Assembly (NCBI GenBank): GCA_051313645.2
Contig: JBNRSN020000009.1
Coordinates: forward strand, 135,408,001 to 135,472,000
Length of the DNA: 64,000 bases
Reading direction: 5' to 3'
Source: Centroscyllium fabricii
Taxonomy: Eukaryota
Shown here: positions 38,008 to 49,390 of the stretch, piece after piece
How positions within the stretch are numbered: position 1 is the first letter of the stretch
How the letters are laid out: each line of letters starts with the position of its first letter
The notes under the pieces: generated by a model
Database searches by the model: none
What the model was told of the DNA's origin: nothing
What the model saw: the letters and a program-made list of their open reading frames with translations, nothing else
Made by a program: the position numbers and the translations under genes

Positions 38008-38735
38008 TGGCCCAGAAATTGTCCTCCGAAGGCGTGAGCACGGACGGGGTACTCACCCGTAGGCCATTGCAAAGTGCTGGTTTCCTGCATGCACTGCGCA
38101 TGCGCGGGAAACCGGCACTTCCGTTCCCCGAACCAAGTGGTTACGCGGTGAAGCGCGTGCGCATTGCACTTGCGCTATTTTTTTTTAAACAGGATTTTCT
38201 GTCCAGGTAAATGAGAAAAAGTTAGACATGAAAAAGTAGGCATAGGGCCTGCTTTTAACAAGGGAAGTGCTGAATTAATTCAAATTAAAGCATTTTTTCC
38301 AGTTATTATTTTAAAAGAATGGCAAGTTTCTTTTTAGTCCCGTTCGGAAAAATAATTAATTTTTTCAAAAATTAAAATTATTGTTTAACATAGTTATTTA
38401 ATGTAATTTATAGTTATTTTAAAAATGTGATTTAAAAAAAATTATTTGAAGTTTCAGTGATGTTTTGGGGCTTGTAGTTTTCATAGTTTTGACAGCTCTT
38501 CCTGTCAAACTTATGAATGAAGCACTCCCTGCTCCGATTTGCTCTCCGTGGCCCACGTGATCTCAGGGGACGCATCAAACTAACTGCACCCCTGGGATCC
38601 ACAAGCACAGCGCGTCGGCAGTTGGAGGAGGCCCCGCATCGGAATTCCACGCGGGCCAAAAGCTCAGCGGTCGGCGCGCAAGTGAAGTGCAGGTTGGAGG
38701 CTTGCACCTGCGGGAAGCCTCGTATTTCTGGGCCA
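38008..38735. mobile_element. Non-autonomous DNA transposon (MITE), possibly Harbinger-type
   Basis: 12-bp terminal inverted repeat TGGCCCAGAAAT (38008) / ATTTCTGGGCCA (38724); CpG-rich ends, AT-rich core. Confidence 0.7.
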
Positions 38736-38798
38736 ATATGTTGAACTGACGTCTGGAGTTAATTAGAACTGGAATCTAACAACCCTAACTTTATCATA

Positions 38799-38997
38799 TC
38801 CCATTACACATTAGACTGTGACTCCACACTGACTCCGCAATAACCCATTACACATTAGACTGTGACTCCACATGGATTGGCCTACTCCTATCTTGTGTGT
38901 GTTTCTGTATATAACCCATTACACGTTAGACTGTGACTCCACACGGACTCTGCAATAACCCATTACACGTTAAGGTGACTCCACATTGATGCTGTAA
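38799..38997. repeat. ~43-bp tandem repeat x4 abutting an RRP9 donor site
   Basis: aataacccattacacattagactgtgactccac... repeated, with a short CR1-tail insert at ~38878-38910. Confidence 0.8.
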
Positions 38998-39004
38998 TAC
39001 TCAC

Positions 39005-39105
39005 AGGGTTTCAACGTAGGCATTCTGGTCGACATTCCATACCTTGACCGAGCGGTCATGGGAGGCGCTGTATAACTGATGCGTTCCTTTCCTAAAGGAC
39101 AGGCC
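39005..39105 (-). CDS. RRP9: RRP9 coding exon (101 nt)
   Basis: GLSFRKGTHQLYSASHDRSVKVWNVDQNAYVET(L); tcag acceptor, gtgagt donor, ends phase 2. Confidence 0.96.
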
Positions 39106-40177
39106 CTGAGGGAAGAACAGAGCAGTTAATGGAGGCCGTGCAGGAGCTGGAGATACAAAAGGCTATGGGTGGAGAGCAACTTTAACCACTTAAAAGCAGA
39201 AGGACGCCTTCAAAGTTCTCTACATTTTCCAAAGACGATTTTCTGTAAAAATTCTAACGCTATCCCCTCTCTCTCCCTTTGTAGCCATCTCAAGTACCCA
39301 AAGTAAAGTTTAATGTACCGAAGACAATTTCTCTCAAGGTGATGGGTTCACCGGTCTTTGTAGTGTTGTGTGCTTTTGTTCCGACTGCTCATCATTCCTT
39401 CTCCCACCCCACTATGATGGGTGACACCAAGAACCCATTCCCCAGTGATCTACACCACCAGGGCAACGTTGCTGGTTATCTTATAGATTCTCATGTTTAC
39501 TGCTTCCCCCAGTGCCTGGGTTGCCATTTTCAATGCAAGTTTGTTAGTTTATTTTCTCGGGCATTTTTCCATACACAGTTGGATACAGTCAATAGTCACA
39601 AGATTGTGCAGCACCAACAGCAGTACCTCAACCGTTGTCAGAAATTTGCACAAAAAATACAGGCAAACCACAGCCCCAAGGTGTGTCTCTGCTGCTGTTC
39701 CTGCACAAGGTTCCTGTGAAGCAATAATCACTCCTTGCCACCAGGGGGCAGCTGAACACCACACCAGGGCTCAAAATGTCCGAGAAAAGATTTCCCTTCC
39801 GAAGCTCAGCGCCACACCAGCCAGTGCTGGAGCTCTGATGGCAAGCGCCGTTCATCGTTAAACACGCTCCTGATCAGAGCTACCAACTCCACTAGCTGAA
39901 AAAAATTAGTCAGGAAATCCTGATGCTTCCTCGTGCTGCCTTAATACCCAACACCCCTCTTGCTGCCCAACTGCTAGAAATAATTGGTTATAAACTGGAT
40001 AAAAGGTGCTACTTTCTCCACTAGTACCCAGGGCCTTATCCTACTCCCTTAACATTAAAGGCATCATTTCAAAGTTGGCAGACGACATGAAATGTGGAAA
40101 TGTAGCCAACAGCGAGGAGGATAGTAACACCTCACGAGGGCGTAGACAGATGGGTGAAATGGACAGACACGTGGCAG

Positions 40178-41371
40178 ATTCAATTCAATTCAAGTTTTAT
40201 TGTCATTGCAGAGTAGTAGTACAATACAACGAGATGAAGACTCGACGCTCCTGAGAGTAGTGCAAATAAATTACATGCAAATTGCATACAGTAAAGTACA
40301 TTTCAGGTGTGCAGGTACCGGAGTTTAAAAAAAAAGAGTTCAGGAGGCTGACAGCCCTGGGGAAGAAGCTGTTCTTAAATCTGGTCGTGCTGGTGCGAAT
40401 TGATCTGTAGCATCTCCCGGAGGGCAGGGGGGAGAACAGACTGTGGCTGGAGTGTGTGGGGTCTTTAATAATGTTCAGAGACCTCCATAGGCAGCGTTGG
40501 AGGTAGATGCTTTCCATTGACAGTAGCTGAGTACCGGTGATTCGTTGGGCAGTTTTGATTACCCGCTGCAGGGCCGAGATGGTGTAGTTTCCATACCAGA
40601 CTGTGATGCAGCTTGTCAGTATGCTTTCGATTGTGCAGCGGTAGAAGTTGGAGAGGATGCCGGATGACAGCCTGGCTTTCTTCAGCTTCCTTAGGAAGTA
40701 CAGGTGCTGTTGGGCCTTCTTAACCAGAGAGGAGGTGTTTAGTGACCAGGAGAGGTCTTCCGAGATGTGGACGCCGAGGAACTTGAAGCTGGACACCCTT
40801 TCCACCTCAGCCCCTTGGATGAAGATGGGGGTGTGTCTTCTGCTTTCAGTCCTCCGGAAGTCCACTATGTTCTCCTTAGTATTCTTGGTGTTCAGTGCTT
40901 GGTTGTTATCGGCACACCATCCCACAAGGCGCTGAATCTCATCCCTGTAGGCTAACTCATCGTTGTTGGTGATCTGGCCAACCACCGTGGTGTCATCCGC
41001 AAACTTGATGATCGTGTTGGAGCCATGGACAGCCGCACAGTCGTGAGTGAAGAGGGAGTAGGAGGGGGCTCAGCACACAGCCTTGTGGGGGCCCCCGTGT
41101 TCAGGGTAAGGGGGGGGGGGGGGGGGGGGGGGGAGGAGGGGAGGTTGCCTAACTTCACAGACTGTGGTCTGTTGGTTAGGAAGTCCAGGGTCCAGTTGCA
41201 GAGGGAGGTGTTCAGGCCGAGGGTGAGGAGTTTGGTAGACAATTTGCTGGGGACGATGGTGTTGAATGCTGAGCTGTAGTCAATAAACAGCATTCTGATA
41301 TGTGTATCTTTGCTATCCAGGTGGTTTAGTGCAGAGTGAAGAGCCGTTGTGATTGCATCTTCCGTAGATCT
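40178..41371 (-). mobile_element. Rex1/Babar-clade LINE, 5'-truncated
   Basis: [12 protein letters not shown]...[35 protein letters not shown]-terminal FKNSFFPRAVSLLN; (TTGAA)n tail at 40178. Confidence 0.88.
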
Positions 41372-41864
41372 GTGAAGTGTTAAGTGATGCACTTTGGTAG
41401 GAAGAATGAGGAGCGGGAATATTAACGACATGGCCCAATATTAACAGGGGTGCAGGAACACCATCCCACACCTGTTAATATTGGGCCATGTCGTTAATAT
41501 TCCCGCTCCTCATTCTTCCTACCAAAGTGCATCACTTAACACTTCACAGATCTACGGAAGATGCAATCACAACGGCTCTTCACTCTGCACTAAACCACCT
41601 GGATAGCAAAGATACACATTTCAGAATGCTGTTTATTGACTACAGCTCAGCATTCAACACCATCGTCCCCAGCAAATTGTCTACCAAACTCCTCACCCTC
41701 GGCCTGAACACCTCCCTCTGCAACTGGACCCTGGACTTCCTAACCAACAGGCCACAGTCTGTGAAGTTAGGCAACCTCCCCTCCTCCCCCCCCCCCCCCT
41801 TACCCTGAACACGGGGGCCCCCACAAGGCTGTGTGCTGAGCCCCCTCCTCTACTCCCTCTTCAC
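41047..41864. repeat. ~400-bp near-perfect inverted repeat (arms 41047-41448 and 41471-41864, 22-nt loop)
   Basis: Opposite-strand ORFs 40952..41431(-) and 41488..41808(+) translate almost identically. Confidence 0.95.
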
Positions 41865-44708
41865 TGCAAGAAGTATAAGGAACAAGGCAGGGGAGTTAGG
41901 GGCATGGATGGCGGCATGGGACTACGATGTGGTGGCCATTACAGAGACATGGCTGGAGCAGGGACAGGACTGGATGCTTGGGGTCCCGGGATACAGAAGC
42001 TTCTGGAGGAACAGGGAGGGAGGAAAGCGCGGGGGGGGGGGGGGGGGGGAGTAGCACTGCTGGTCAAGGACAACGTGACGGCTACAGAAAAAAACTTTGA
42101 GGGGGGACACACGAACGGAGGTAGTATGGGCGGAGCTTAGGAATAGGAAGGGGGCGGTAACGTTAGTGGGAGTCTTCTATAGACCACCAAATAGTAGCAG
42201 GGAGGTGGAGGAGGAAATTGCGCGACAAATAAAGGAAAGATGTGGGGGACAGAGGGTAGTTATAATGGGAGATTTCAATTTCCCTAATATAGACTGGAAT
42301 CTAGGTAGGTCAAGGAGTGCAGAGGGTGAGATTTTCCTACAATGCATACAGGAAGGTTTCCTGACACAATACGTGGAGGAACCAACAAGGGGGGGGGGGC
42401 AACGTTGGACCTGGTTCTGAGAAATGAACCAGGCCAAGTGGTAGAACTGGGGGTAAGGGAGCACTTTGGGGACAGTGACCACAATTCGGTGACGTTCACA
42501 ATAGTAATGGAGAAGGATAGGAGCAGGAGGCAGGGTAAGGTATACAGCTGGGGGAGGGGAAATTACGACAGGGTTAGGCATGATTTAGCTAATACCAATT
42601 GGGAACGGGAACTTGCGGGGAGAGGAACGGAAGAAAAATGGAGAGTGTTCAGGGAGAAAATTTTGAAAGCCCTGGATAAGCATGTCCCGAGTAGGATGGG
42701 AAAAAAGGGTAAGATGAGAGAACCATGGATCACGAAAGAGGTAGAACAACTAGTAAAAAAGAAGGAAGCATATGATAAAATGAGAAAACAGAGTACAGAA
42801 GGGGCGGGAAGGGAGTACAAAGAAGCAAGGAAAAATCTGAAAAATGGGCTAAGGAAGGCAAAGGGAGGGCACGAGAAGGCATTAGCGAGAAGGATAAAGG
42901 AGAACCCTAAGGCTTTCTATGCGTACGTAAGAAACAAAAGGATGACTAGGGTAAGAGTAGGGCCGATCAAAGACAGCAAGGGAGAAACGTGCACGGAGCC
43001 AGAGGAAATTGGGGAAGCACTAAACGAATATTTTGCATCCGTGTTCACAAGGGAGAGGGAACAAAAAGTAGAGGGGGAGTTCAAGATACAAGGGGAAACG
43101 ATGGGGGAAGTAAATATCCAGAGGGGGGAGGTATTAGATATTTTGGAGAAACTAAAGGTAGACAAATCTCCTGGGCCAGACGGGATGTATCCAAGGATTC
43201 TCTGGGAGGCGAGGAACGAAATCGCAGAGCCACTGACCTCTATCTTTAGATCATCGCTATCCTCGGGGATAGTCCCCGAGGACTGGAGAGAGGCGAATGT
43301 GGCTCCCATATTTAAAAAGGGGAAAAGGGACGTGCCAGGGAACTACAGACCAGTCAGCCTCACCTCAGTGGTTGGAAAGATGATGGAAAGGGTCCTGAGG
43401 GACAAGATCTACGACCATCTAGAAAGGGGCAAATTAATCAGAAGCAGTCAGCACGGTTTTGTTAAGGGTAAATCGTGTCTGGCCAACCTGATAGAATTCT
43501 TTGAAGAGGTGACCAAGAGTGTGGACGAGGGAAAGGCGGTTGATGTCATATATATGGACTTCAGCAAGGCGTTCGACAAGGTCCCGCACGGTCGGCTCAT
43601 GAAGAAAGTAAGGAGTTGCGGGGTAAGCAACAAAGTGGTGGGATGGATTGAGAACTGGCTGGCTCAGAGGAAGCAGAGGGTAGTGGTAGAAGGCCAATAC
43701 TCGAGCTGGAGACCGGTCACCAGCAGGGTACCACAGGGGTCGGTGTTGGGGCCACTACTGTTTGTAATCTTCATCAATGACTTGGAGGAGGGGGCTGAGG
43801 GGTGGGTCAGCAAATTTGCGGATGACACAAAGATTGGGGGAGTAGTGGATGAGGAGGAAGGGAGTAGAACGATTCAGAGGGATATAGGCAGGATGCAGAG
43901 CTGGGCTGAAGAATGGCAAATGGAGTTCAACACGGGGAAATGCGAGGTGATGCACTTCGGCAGGGCAAATAGGAAGAGGGAATATAGGGTCAACGGCAGG
44001 ATCCTGAGTGAAGCAGAGGAGCAAAGGGATCTGGGAGTATATGTACACAGATCACTGAAGGCTGCCACCCAGGTGGACAAAGCAGTAAAAAAGGCCTATG
44101 GTGTATTGGCCTTCATCAACAGGGGAATAGAGTTTAAGAACCGGGAGGTCATGCTGCAGTTGTACAGGTCACTGGTGAGACCACACGTGGAGTACTGTGT
44201 GCAGTTCTGGGCACCGTACTACAGGAGGGATGTGGAGGCACTGGAAAGAGTGCAGAGGAGATTCACCAGGATGCTGCCGGGAATGGGGGGAAAGTCATAC
44301 GAGGAAAGGTTAAGGGAACTGGGACCCTTCTCCCTGGAACGAAGAAGGAAGAGGGGGGACCTGATAGAGATGTATAAAATGATGAAGGGGATCGACAGAG
44401 TCAATGTGCAAAGACTGTTTCCCCGGGCGGGAAGAACGACAACAAGAGGACACGAGCACAAGATTCAAGGAGGAAGATTCAGACGGGATGGCAGGGGCAA
44501 GTTCTTCACACAAAGAGTGGTCGGGGAATGGAATAGGCTACCATCTGAAATAGTGGATGCGGACAGTCTGGGTGCTTTTAAAAGGATGATAGACAGATAC
44601 ATGGAAGGGAAGGAACAGTAGGGGGGACAGGAAAAATCAGAGACGGAATAAGGGCGGCACTACATTGAGGGCCCAAGAGCCTGTACAGTGCTGTATGTTC
44701 TATGTTCT
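41865..44708 (+). mobile_element. Young CR1 LINE with near-complete ORF2 (APE endonuclease + RT)
   Basis: ARSIRNK, AITETWL, IMGDFNFP, SDHN, DFSKAFDKV, PQGSVLGP, KFADD; 759-aa ORF 42342..44621; (tatgttc)n tail; aaca on both flanks. Confidence 0.95.
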
Positions 44709-44892
44709 AACAGAGACACAAGCCTTTGAAGGGGGCAAGTTGAGCGGGCTGTTAAAAAGGCCTCTGGATTCTTGGCTTTATAAATAGCGGCAGCGAGTAC
44801 AAAAGAAAGTTATATTAAGCCTTCATAAATCACTAGTTAGGCCCCAGCTGCAATATCATGTCTAATTCTGGGCACCACACTTTAAGAAGGAT

Positions 44893-45796
44893 GACACAAA
44901 GCTGGGTGGGCGTGTGTGCTGTGAGGAGGATGCCGAGAAGCTCCAGGATGATTTGAACAGGTTGGGTGATTGGGCAGATACAATATAATGTGGATTAGAA
45001 TGCAGTAAATGCGAGGTTATTCACTTTGGTGGCAAAAACAGGAAGGTAGATTATTATCTGAATGGCAATAGATTGGGAGAAGGGGAAGTGCAATGAGACC
45101 TGGGTGTCCTTGTGCACCAGTCGCTGAAGGTAAGCATGCAGAAGGCGGTTAATAAGGCAAATGGTATGTTGGCCTTCATAGCGAGAGGGTTCGAGTACAG
45201 GAACAAGGATGTCTTGCTGCAGTTGTACAGGGCCTTGGTGAGACCACACCTCGAGTATTGTGTAGTTTTGGTCAACTTATCTGAGGAAGGATGTTCTTGC
45301 CATGGAAGGAGTGCAGAGAATATTTACCAGGCTGATACCTGGGATGGCAAGAATGACGTATGAGGAGAGATTGGGTCGATTAGGCTTGTACTCACTGGAG
45401 TTTAGAAGAATGAGAGGGGATCTCATCGAAACTTATAAAATTCTAACAGGACTAGACAGACTACATGCAGGAAGGAAGCTCCCGATGGTCGGGGAGTCCA
45501 GAACCAGGGGTCACAATCTGAGGATAAGGGGTAAGCCATTTAGGACAGAGATGAGGAGAAATTTCTTCACCCAGAGAGTGGTGAACCTGTGGAATTCTCT
45601 GCCACAGAAGGCAGTAGAGGCCAATTCATTAAATATATTCAAGAAGGAGTTAGATATATTTCTCAAGGCTAACGGTATCAAGGGATATGGGGAGAAGGCA
45701 GGGACAGGGTTCTGAATTTGGATGATCCCTGATCCCATTGAATGGCGGAGCAGGCTCGAGGGGCCGACTCCTGCTCCTATCTTCTATGTTTCTATG
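44893..45796 (+). mobile_element. CR1 3' fragment nested in the old CR1
   Basis: DDTKLGG...KANGMLAFIARG...NLWNSLPQ plus ttctatgtttcta tail. Confidence 0.9.
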
Positions 45797-46344
45797 TCAA
45801 GGTCTTAGGGAGGGTGCAGAATAGATTTAAGAGAATGATGCCAGGGGTGAAAGACTTCAGTTGCATGGAGAGACAGGAGAAACTGGAGCAGAGAAGGTTA
45901 AGGGGAGATTTGATAGAGGTGTTCAAAATCATGAAGGGGTTTGATCGAGTAAATAAGGAGAAACTGTTACCATGGCAGAGGGGTTGGTAACCAGAGGAGA
46001 CAGATTTACGGTAATTGGCAGAAAAACCAGAGGCGAGATGAGGAAATTACTTTTTCCGCAGCGAGTTATGATGATCCGAATGCACTGGCTGAAAGGGTGG
46101 TGGAAGCAGATTCAATAATAACTTTCAAAAGGGAATTAGATAAATACTTGAAATGGAATAATGTGCAGGGTTATGGGGAACTGGGACTAATTGGATCGCT
46201 CTATCAAAGAGCCGGCGCAGGCACGATGGGCCGAATGGCCTCCTACTGTGCTGTATCATTCTATTTAACTCTTTGAAAGGGACAGTCTCTTCCACATATA
46301 ACCTTCATCTCCTGCCCACCCTGCCCCCCCCAATGCTGACTCAC

Positions 46345-46437
46345 CGATATTGTGTCTTTATGTCCTTTGAACGTGTAAAGGTGTCGGCAGGAGGCGGGGT
46401 CCCAGATCAAGATCAGCTTGTTTCGGTCTCCTGTAGC
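46345..46437 (-). CDS. RRP9: RRP9 coding exon (93 nt)
   Basis: ATGDRNKLILIWDPASCRHLYTFKGHKDTIS; gcag acceptor, gtgagt donor. Confidence 0.96.
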
Positions 46438-46929
46438 CTGCAGGGAAAGGAAAGGCAGTTAGATCCGATGCTGGGTGCACGGTCACAGAGACACTACCCA
46501 CCAAATCTACAGTAACCTTCGCATACATCATCAGATTCTACAAAACAACTGCCCATACATACTCAGTGAGACAAATCACGCCCACTATGGCTGTATAACT
46601 CAATGCACTGGAGGTCACCTCACCCCAGATAGTGAGACTATATGGGAGTGTTCAGGAACCGACATTTAAAAACGAGCCCTACATGAAATGACCGTCTCAA
46701 CCAATCCAATTGTAGTGGGTAAGAACTACCCCCAACTTGGCACTGGATGGACTACTTTACTTGGAACGACCACAGGATGACTGATGTGGGAAACAGCAAA
46801 TATCACACACTGGTGCAGTAGGGGACACGCTTATGAATTTGGGGCTTAAGCACGCTGTTGGGACAAAGTAGGAGCTGCTTCATGCTGCGTCTAACCTGTG
46901 CTATGCCCGACAGGGGAGCACTCGATGTT

Positions 46930-47570
46930 AGCCTTGGTTCAGTGGTAGCACTCGCGCCCTTGAGTCAGAAGGTCATGAGTTCTGAGCCCCAGGCTGACAC
47001 TCCGGGGCAGTACTGAGGGAGTGCTGCACTGTCGGGAGGTGCAGTCTTTCGGATGAGCTGTTAAAGAATTTCTTCACCTAGAGAGTGGTGAACCTGTGGA
47101 ATTCTCTATCACAAAAGGCAGTAGAGGCCAAGTCATTAAATATATTCAAGAAGGAGTTGGATATATTTCTAAGAGCTAAAGGGATCAAGGGATATGGGGA
47201 GAAGGCAGGGAACAGGGTACTGAGTTTGGATGATCAGCCATGATCTCATCGAATGGCGGGGCAGGCTCGGTGGGCCGAATGGCCTACTCCTGCTCCTATC
47301 TTCTGTTAAACCGAACCGAGCTCCTATCTGCCTTCTGAAGTGGACATAAAGATGACATGGCGCTATTTTGATGAAGAGCAGGGGAGTTCTCTCCAGTACC
47401 CTGGTCAATATATTTATCTCTCAACATTAAAGCAGATTATCGTGCAATTTGCTGTTTGTGCACAAATTGGCAGCTGCATTTGCTACATTACAACAGCTCC
47501 ACATGGGCTATAAAGTGCTTTGTGATGCCCGGAGATCATGAAAGGCGCTATAGAAATGCAAGTCCTTTCT
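46930..47570 (+). mobile_element. Deu-domain SINE interrupted by a CR1 3' end (~47065-47302)
   Basis: tRNA-like head ttggttcagtggtagcac...gagtcagaagg; ctgttaaa duplicated on both sides of the CR1 piece; tail gaaaggcgctatagaaatgcaagtc. Confidence 0.82.
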
Positions 47571-47620
47571 TGATACTGCCTTAAGTGGCACCTCAAGCAC
47601 AAACCGCACAGAAAGAGTAA

Positions 47621-48339
47621 GGGGGATAAAAGTGAGTGGCACCCCCTTTTGGGCGCTAACCTCGGCGGGGCGCTACTTTTAGCGCCCTGAAAATGTTTGC
47701 GCCGTTCTGCTGCAAATTCAGTTGTCGTGCCCCAAGCAGGAGGTGGGGCGCTCCTGGAAGCGCTGCATCTCGTTCCTGGGGCGCTGCGACTGAATATCTT
47801 GCCGCTGCGTGCAGCACGTCGCGCCGTGGTACTGCAGGCCTTCCACCCTTTAAAGGGGAGGGGCCTAGCGCAGTGCGACCCAGGGACCAGCTCGGCCACC
47901 GGGGATCAGGAGTGCCGGTAAAAGAGCCCGGCAGTCGAGAGAAGTGCCGGGCTCACGGAGCGCAGCCGGCACTCCGCAGGGGAGCTGCAGAGGAGGCCGG
48001 GGGCAGCAGAGGAGGCAGGTGCCAGCAACAAAAATGGCCGCCCGGCACCGCTCCTTTAACTTGCACTGCCCCGGCTGCAGGTACGCCCCCCTGACCCCAT
48101 CAGACAAAGCGTCCGCCGGTAAGTCAGGGGGCGCAACTGAAGATCGCGGCCGGGGCACAAGCAGGGCGCTGCGCACGGCGATGATGTCATCACCAGCGGC
48201 GCAGCACCACGGGGCGCTAACTGCTACCGCGAACCTTCCACTGAATTTCACAGGAGGCGTGGACGATGCCACATCCAGGCGCCAGGTGATCCCCTCTTAG
48301 GGCGCTAACGGCTGGCGCAAGCAACCCAATTTCTAGCCC
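47621..48339. mobile_element. CpG-rich putative non-autonomous DNA element
   Basis: Abrupt GC/CpG-rich block with repeated gggcgctaac motifs; right end aatttctagccc resembles the 38008 MITE terminus; left terminus only weakly matches. Confidence 0.5.
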
Positions 48340-48344
48340 ATAGA

Positions 48345-48455
48345 TGTAAGAAGTCACACAACACCAGGTTACAGATCAACAGTCTGGACTATAACCTGGT
48401 GTTGTGGGAAGTCTTGCATTTGTCCATCCCAGTCCAACACCGGCACCTCCACATC
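48345..48455. mobile_element. Minimal Penelope-like insertion (inverted terminal pieces) with 12-bp target duplication
   Basis: ctagcccataga at 48333 and 48456; internal cacaacaccaggtta / taacctggtgttgtg inverted repeat. Confidence 0.78.
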
Positions 48456-48514
48456 CTAGCCCATAGAGTTTAACAGTCCCCGACTGGGATGGTGCAGGAG
48501 ATGGAGCCACTCAC

Positions 48515-48639
48515 CAGGTACTTGCCATCTGACGAGATTGCCATGGAGAGGATGTGCATCGTGTGGCCCACATGTCGATCTGCCGTTCCCTTGCGCCCGC
48601 CGTGGATTGTGTGAACCTTCTTCCCACTGGTAATGTCCC
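48515..48639 (-). CDS. RRP9: RRP9 coding exon (125 nt)
   Basis: (W)DITSGKKVHTIHGGRKGTADRHVGHTMHILSMAISSDGKYL; MAISSDGKYL identical to human; phase matches the previous exon across a 122-nt intron. Confidence 0.96.
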
Positions 48640-48761
48640 CTAGACGTGGGCGAGACACAGTATCAAGCACCGCCCTTTAAAGATGCCGATTCTCAATAAG
48701 GAGACACGGAGCACGAAGGGCCGGTCAAACCCCAGCCTGCACGCGGGCTGCATAAACTCAC

Positions 48762-48888
48762 ACTTAATGATGGAACAATCTTTGGATGCTGAGAATATGT
48801 ATTTATCATCGGGAGACAGAACCAGACACGTGACTGGAAGCTGGTGGCCTCGTAACAGGCGGATCTCGGATACATCCGGGGGCAGATA
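48762..48888 (-). CDS. RRP9: RRP9 coding exon (127 nt), first WD40 repeat
   Basis: YLPPDVSEIRLLRGHQLPVTCLVLSPDDKYIFSASKDCSIIK(W); ttcag acceptor, gtgagt donor. Confidence 0.96.
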
Positions 48889-49039
48889 CTGAAAGAAGAT
48901 AAAAATAGGGTTACTGTCACTTTCAAAGTCCAACTACAGGGGCAGAGAGACGCACGGACACATCCAGTTACGGGGAGGAATGGTAACCTAGATATCGGTT
49001 ACACTGTTTGCAAAATCGGGGAGGGGAGAAAGAGGTTTT

Positions 49040-49390
49040 TTAATTTATTCTCCGGATGTGGGCAATGTTGACAAGACCGCATTTATTGCCAATCCTTAGT
49101 CACCCTGAGAATCTGGTGGTGGGCCTTCTCCTTGAACCCCTGCAGTCTGTGTGGTGATGATGCTCCCACAGCGGTGTTAGCTAGGGAGTTCGAGAATATT
49201 GACCCAGTGACGATGATATACATCCAAGGCAAGATGGTGCACAAGTTGGAGGGGACCTTGCAGGCGACGTGTTCCCATGACATTGCTGCTCTCGTCCTTT
49301 ATGGTAGCAATGGCTGGAAGTTGCTGCAGTGAATCGTGTAGATAGTATGCAGCGCACTGGCAGTGGAAGGGGTGGACAGTGAGCCCAGTG
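49040..49390 (-). mobile_element. LINE 3' end (CR1-group), partner of the 13376 SINE tail
   Basis: ORF 49083..49283 ends GSIFSNSLANTAVGASSPHRLQGFKEKAHHQIL; nucleotide match to ~13400-13540. Confidence 0.7.

Larger units (their letters stand above)
40050..46262 (+). mobile_element. Old CR1 RT fragment in four pieces (40050-40180, 41372-41460, 44709-44892, 45797-46262), host to nested insertions
   Basis: Collinear decayed motifs SKLADD...WQ | [12 protein letters not shown]...VQEQ | RD...VRPQL...FWAPHFKKD | VKVLGRVQNRF...3'UTR. Confidence 0.75.

Noticed and set aside
39340-39760. Possible Harbinger transposase relic (minus strand, LHNL-like motif)
   Set aside because: Too short and degenerate to support without a profile search.
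47621-48339. CpG island or internal promoter
   Set aside because: Sharp boundaries, repeated internal motifs and a MITE-like terminus favour a transposon. The same applies to 38008-38735 and 50264-50785.
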